From: Methanomassiliicoccaceae archaeon
GTDB lineage: Archaea; Thermoplasmatota; Thermoplasmata; Methanomassiliicoccales; UBA472
Direction of reading: 5' to 3'
DNA: 64,000 nucleotides
NCBI GenBank assembly: GCA_963768775.1
Contig: CAVYIY010000008.1
Location: 386,658-450,657 of the forward strand
Shown: piece by piece, positions 60,020 through 64,000 of the stretch
Layout of the letters: every line of letters starts with the position of its first letter
Position numbering within the stretch: position 1 is the first letter of the stretch
Notes under the pieces: model-generated
Told to the model about the DNA's origin: nothing
The model's database searches: none
What the model saw: only the letters and a program-made list of their open reading frames with translations
Position numbers and translations under genes: made by a program

Positions 60020-61042
60020 TCAGAAGACAACGCGGAAGTCTATCACGTAGTGCGAGATCGCTGGTGCATAGGATTTTACCTCACCCTGGCGCAGAATCTC
60101 TATCTTCGCTTCGCCGGCCGAATCGGCGATCCGCCTCAACGGCCTCTCGGGGAACTCATCGATCGGGCAAGTCTCATGGTAATGGATCACCCCACCGCTT
60201 CTCACCAGCGAAAATGCTTTGGGCAGGAATTGCTCGGTGGTGCCAACGTAGCCCATCAGCACCCTATCGGACCAGTGCTCACCCGGAAGGTCGCGGTTGT
60301 CCCCGAGGAACGGCTGGATCACATTCTCCAGATGATTGAGGGCGATGTTGTCGATCAAGTAGCCGAAGGCCACCGGGTTTATTTCGCAGGCGACCACACG
60401 CTGCGCCTTGGCGTGCAAAGCAAGTGGCAGGCTGAAATAGCCGATGCCGGCGAACATGTCCACTACGGTCTCGCCTCGGCAGTCCAGGGAGGCCATCCTC
60501 CGCTTCTCCTCCAGGTTGCCCGAGGAGAACATCACTCTGGCGACATCGAGCTTGTAGAGGATTCCGTTCTCCTTGTGCACCGTTTCCGTCCCCTCCCCGA
60601 AAATCACCTCCACCTGCGGGGTGCGATGAATGCCCGATATCGAGCCGGTCTCCAGGCAGACGGTCCTGGCATGCAGGATCCTTGCATACGTCGCGGCGAC
60701 ATCGTTCTTGTAGGGCAGAAGTGCTCGTGGAAGTCGGACCAGCAGCACATCCCCGAGCAGCTCCCATTTGTGCGGCAAGAGATCCCTGAGTTCCCTGGGA
60801 ATCGGAGCATCGTGGAGCACTTCTTCGAGCGGAGAACGATGCCTCTCTCTCGGTATCAATTCCCCCTGGACTATTTCTGCGCCCCACGTCAGAAGCTCCT
60901 CGTCTGAGATGCCATCGTTCACCGGGATGAGGACCTGGTTTCCCGCCTCTTCGATGCGGAAGTCCAATCTCACGGCGTTGCGCCGGGCCAATTCCAGCCT
61001 GACGCTCTCGGCCCTTTCCTTCCCCACCTTGGCGAGCCTCAT
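60020..61042 (-). CDS. Trm5/Tyw2 (Met_10) family tRNA methyltransferase
   Basis: 340 aa. SAM motif VVDMFAGIGYFSLPLA, NP-containing loop ACEINPVA. Confidence 0.8.
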   Translation of the reverse strand: MRLAKVGKERAESVRLELARRNAVRLDFRIEEAGNQVLIPVNDGISDEELLTWGAEIVQGELIPRERHRSPLEEVLHDAPIPRELRDLLPHKWELLGDVLLVRLPRALLPYKNDVAATYARILHARTVCLETGSISGIHRTPQVEVIFGEGTETVHKENGILYKLDVARVMFSSGNLEEKRRMASLDCRGETVVDMFAGIGYFSLPLALHAKAQRVVACEINPVAFGYLIDNIALNHLENVIQPFLGDNRDLPGEHWSDRVLMGYVGTTEQFLPKAFSLVRSGGVIHYHETCPIDEFPERPLRRIADSAGEAKIEILRQGEVKSYAPAISHYVIDFRVVF

Positions 61043-61052
61043 TTGCCACCTC

Positions 61053-62237
61053 TCATGCCTTGCCTATCGTCGTGCGCGAGAACATGGAGCGCAGCACATG
61101 CGGAGCGAAGCGGAGGAGAGCAGGGGCAGCCTTGATCATCTGAGGCGCCAGCAGGCTGGGGAAATCGATGTCCCCCGTCGAAAGGACCTCCTTTACCTCC
61201 GGTCGGTCGAGGGTCCTGCCCAGCGCCTCGAGCCTCTTGTCGCTCAGCCGCAGGTAGGCCCTGCGCATCAGATAGCCCCGGTCCAGCTCCCTTCCGATCT
61301 CCTCCTTCCATCTGCGCTGGTACTCGGAGAGCCTTTCGGCGGACGGATCCCCTTCCCTCAGGGCAGCCAGGGCGACTTCGGCCGCGATGCCGGCGGCGGT
61401 CATTCCAGTATATAGCCCGCCTCCGCTCAGTGGCTTCGCCTGGCCGGCCGCGTCCCCGACGAGCAGCGTCCGGTTGGCATAGGTCCTTGGCGGCGACCCG
61501 ATGGGGATCACGCCGGAGATGCGGTCGAGGATCCTTGCATCATCGAGTTCCAGGCGCCTCAGTAGAGATTGAAGGTAATAGTTCGGCGTATCGCTCCCTT
61601 GGGAAATGCATACCCCTACCCTGACGAAGTCGCCGCAAGGTATGCGCCAAGCAAAGAAGCCAGGGGCGACCTTCTTGCCAACGTAGACGTCCAGGATGTC
61701 CGATTCGTCTTTGATGTCCAGGTCGACCTGGAGGCCCTTGATTCTCTCCTTTGCAGGCGGCAGGCCGGCGATCTCGGAGACGCGGGACTTGTATCCATCC
61801 GCCCCGACGATGAGGTCGGCCAAGCATTTCTCCGACCTCCCCTCTCTGAGGAACCGGGCGTCCACGCCATCCTCCCCGATTGTGGCCTTCGCCAGGCGGC
61901 TGCTCGTGAGTATCTTCGAGCCCGCATCGATGGCGGCCTCGGCGCAGCGCTGATCAAAGGCGCGTCTCTCAACCACCATCGCCTTGACCTCCGTCGATCG
62001 AAAATCGATGATGGTCCCGGCGGGAAAATGGAACCTTGCCCCGTGGAGGGCGCAGAGAACTGAATCCTTGGCCTTGGCCATGTCCACAACTCGCGGTGCA
62101 ACAAGGCCTGTGCATTGCACCGGCCTGCCGATCTCTGGGTGCTCTTCGAGGATGGTGACCAGGGCTCCTTTGGCTGCTCTCGCGGCGAAGCAGCAACCTG
62201 CCGGTCCTCCCCCGATGACCAACAGCTCGGATTCCAT
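61053..62237 (-). CDS. geranylgeranyl reductase family FAD-dependent oxidoreductase
   Basis: MESELLVIGGGPAG.. dinucleotide fold, CTGL, LVGDAAGQAKPLSGGG. The ORF extends to 62279, but the ATG at 62237 fits better. Confidence 0.85.
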   Translation of the reverse strand: MESELLVIGGGPAGCCFAARAAKGALVTILEEHPEIGRPVQCTGLVAPRVVDMAKAKDSVLCALHGARFHFPAGTIIDFRSTEVKAMVVERRAFDQRCAEAAIDAGSKILTSSRLAKATIGEDGVDARFLREGRSEKCLADLIVGADGYKSRVSEIAGLPPAKERIKGLQVDLDIKDESDILDVYVGKKVAPGFFAWRIPCGDFVRVGVCISQGSDTPNYYLQSLLRRLELDDARILDRISGVIPIGSPPRTYANRTLLVGDAAGQAKPLSGGGLYTGMTAAGIAAEVALAALREGDPSAERLSEYQRRWKEEIGRELDRGYLMRRAYLRLSDKRLEALGRTLDRPEVKEVLSTGDIDFPSLLAPQMIKAAPALLRFAPHVLRSMFSRTTIGKA

Positions 62238-62256
62238 CGTCCCATTGAATCCGCGG

Positions 62257-62811
62257 TCAGATATTAGGTTTCTCCCCATCGCCCGTGGTTGTCCCGCGCG
62301 TGGCCAAGTAATACAGGCTGACCATCAGCAGCAACCCAGCCACGAGGAGGAACGGGAGAGTGAGAGAACCGAGGTCCATGGCAAGGATCAGGAAGAGCAC
62401 GAGCATCGAACAGGCCATCACCAATCCGACGAAGAGCAGGATGCGCCAGAAAGAGCGCCTCGTAGCAATGACTACCTCCTTGGAAAGCAGACCTTCCTCG
62501 CTCGCCCCGACGTACAATCCGCTGGACACGAGCGCCTGGTTGCCGACGAGAAGGCAGGCCAGTCCGATCCCGAGCGCCCCCCATGCTCCGATGAAGCCCA
62601 GATTTGTGACCAGAACGAAGGCGCAGCATTGAAAGACGAGCAGGGCTCCGGTGCTCAAGGAGAACGCTGTCCTCCGCCGCTTGAACATCGCCACTGAGGA
62701 GACCGCGATGGCAAGGAGGGTTGCGCCGACAACCGAGAGCTGCCATTGACCTTCCGAGAGCAATGCCAGAACGACCCCGGCGGACAGCTGCGCTATTACG
62801 GATATCAGCAT
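62257..62811 (-). CDS. multi-TM membrane protein
   Basis: ORF 62257..62904. The start is probably the internal Met at 62811, after the DUF58 stop. Five to six hydrophobic helices. Confidence 0.45.
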   Translation of the reverse strand: MLISVIAQLSAGVVLALLSEGQWQLSVVGATLLAIAVSSVAMFKRRRTAFSLSTGALLVFQCCAFVLVTNLGFIGAWGALGIGLACLLVGNQALVSSGLYVGASEEGLLSKEVVIATRRSFWRILLFVGLVMACSMLVLFLILAMDLGSLTLPFLLVAGLLLMVSLYYLATRGTTTGDGEKPNI

Positions 62812-62831
62812 GGCGAAGCTCAGGGTCCGCT

Positions 62832-64000
62832 TCACACTCTGAGCTTTGGTCGCGATCCTCTCACCTCCAGCAAATGCGGCGACAGCGGCGTCCCGATCTC
62901 CCAATCGATGACCCTGCAGTACTGTCCGAAGCGCGCCAGGACGTCATGCCGCTGCGCCCGCTTGACCCGAAGCACCAGGTCGACCTCGGGGGATCCGGGG
63001 ATGGAGGCCGCCTGCAGCGTAAGCGGCGAAGGGGAGATGACGAGCATCTCCTGCTGCTTGACCAGCAGCATCTCCATCGCATCCAGCATGCGTGCGCCCT
63101 CTAACGGGCTCACCATGACGAGCAGCGCGGTCCGGGGGAAATAGTGCTCCAGCATCATGTTCAGCCCCTTGAGCGACCGGTTCTCGCCCACCTTGGCGTT
63201 CAGCAGTGCGCTGTTGATCCTCAAAGACTGCCGATGCCCAGGGGCCAGCTTGACGACGTCGATGAACTCGCCCAGCACGATCATTCCCACCCGGTTCCTC
63301 TGTTTCAGCAGATGAGCGGAAACGGAAGCGGCTACCTCGACACAGGCGTCCATCAGCTTGCTGGAGGATGATTGGTCCGAAACTGTCCCGCGGCCGTCCA
63401 CGATGATGACCACGTCCCCGCTCCTCTCGGTCTCGTATTCGTTCGTCAGCAGCCGGTCGGTGCGCATCGAGGCCCGCCAGTTGATGTGCCTGAGCTCGTC
63501 GCCGTCGACATATTCCCTGATGCCGTAGAACTCGAGTCCCTGGCCGAGCATGGTGGACGGAATGTTACCGAGATGCATCCTCACCCGATGCGGCCGAAGG
63601 TCGCACTTCTTCAGGTCCTGCATTCTCGGCAAGACCTGGACCTCGGCCCGGTTCGCCAATGGCACTTCGACGAAGTTCATGTATCCCGGATCGTTCCAGC
63701 GGAGTCGAATGCCGTTCCATGCATAGCGCCCCATCCGCAGGAACCTCACCTTGTATTCGATGACGGAGGATGATCCCGCGTCCAGGCTGATGGGGCGGAT
63801 ATTGCTACCAGATGTCAATCGCACCCCTGGAGGGAGGGGGTCGATCAGCTCGGCAAAATCGATTCGCTCGCCGAGGTTGTCAATGTGCACTACCACCGTG
63901 ATCTCGTCGCCGGCGAAGGCGCTCTCTGCCTCCAGGACCCTGCTGACTCTCAAATCGATTATCGGCTTGCGATGGAGCCAGGCGCCGAAGTAGAAGAACA
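62832..64000 (-). CDS. DUF58 (vWA-like, MoxR-associated) protein, 5' end beyond the window
   Basis: ..VVIIVDGRGTV.. vWA-like core. The frame stays open upstream of the TTG at 63953 (..FFYFGAWLHRKPIIDLRVSRVLE), so the gene runs off the window edge. Confidence 0.7.
   Translation of the reverse strand, partial: FFYFGAWLHRKPIIDLRVSRVLEAESAFAGDEITVVVHIDNLGERIDFAELIDPLPPGVRLTSGSNIRPISLDAGSSSVIEYKVRFLRMGRYAWNGIRLRWNDPGYMNFVEVPLANRAEVQVLPRMQDLKKCDLRPHRVRMHLGNIPSTMLGQGLEFYGIREYVDGDELRHINWRASMRTDRLLTNEYETERSGDVVIIVDGRGTVSDQSSSSKLMDACVEVAASVSAHLLKQRNRVGMIVLGEFIDVVKLAPGHRQSLRINSALLNAKVGENRSLKGLNMMLEHYFPRTALLVMVSPLEGARMLDAMEMLLVKQQEMLVISPSPLTLQAASIPGSPEVDLVLRVKRAQRHDVLARFGQYCRVIDWEIGTPLSPHLLEVRGSRPKLRV

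Overview
GC-rich archaeal chromosomal segment, about 60% G+C by hand counts of a few lines. Gene content looks euryarchaeal or Thermoplasmatota-like, possibly Methanomassiliicoccales-like; that placement is inference only. All domain calls come from motifs read in the translated ORFs, with no database search.

The window is mostly housekeeping:
- Translation and tRNA: S6e-aIF2gamma-PIN, TrmI, ProRS, Trm5, tRNA-Lys(CUU).
- Nucleotide and cofactor metabolism: purS-purL-purQ, RibK, PRPP synthetase, pantoate kinase-CoaBC-Tmk.
- Glycine cleavage: gcvPA/gcvPB.
- Protein quality control: PAN, thermosome, GrpE-DnaK-DnaJ.
- Other: GINS-like protein, GPN GTPase, MBF1, PolX, geranylgeranyl reductase.
- An AMP-salvage operon (ribose-1,5-bisphosphate isomerase, form III RuBisCO, AMP phosphorylase).

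No CRISPR array, rRNA, integrase or transposase was found.

Main observations:
1. An unannotated 43-aa Lys/Ala-rich tandem-repeat micro-ORF, with its own terminator-like hairpin, sits just upstream of a 1440-1477-aa SF1 helicase-nuclease fusion.
2. A GlcD-like FAD/FeS gene is followed by two ferredoxin-fused GltB-FMN paralogs and an Ntn-amidotransferase-GXGXG fusion. About 3.5 kb of this cluster is riddled with frameshifts and carries two in-frame TAG codons.
3. Isolated frameshifts interrupt many presumably essential genes (proS, dnaK, purL, purQ, gcvPA, gcvPB and others). This points to assembly indel errors, so pseudogene calls are provisional.
4. A co-directional G3E GTPase - HerA-like ATPase - DUF357 module has no NurA.
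5. A DUF835 gene is divergently paired with a roughly 510-aa Cys-rich orphan.
6. Two lower-GC patches occur: one next to the tRNA (MtaA-like gene, Cys-rich small protein, palindromic operator) and one holding an orphan truncated PAS histidine kinase.

Many long ORFs in the track are antisense shadows of real genes, as expected in GC-rich DNA, and were rejected.
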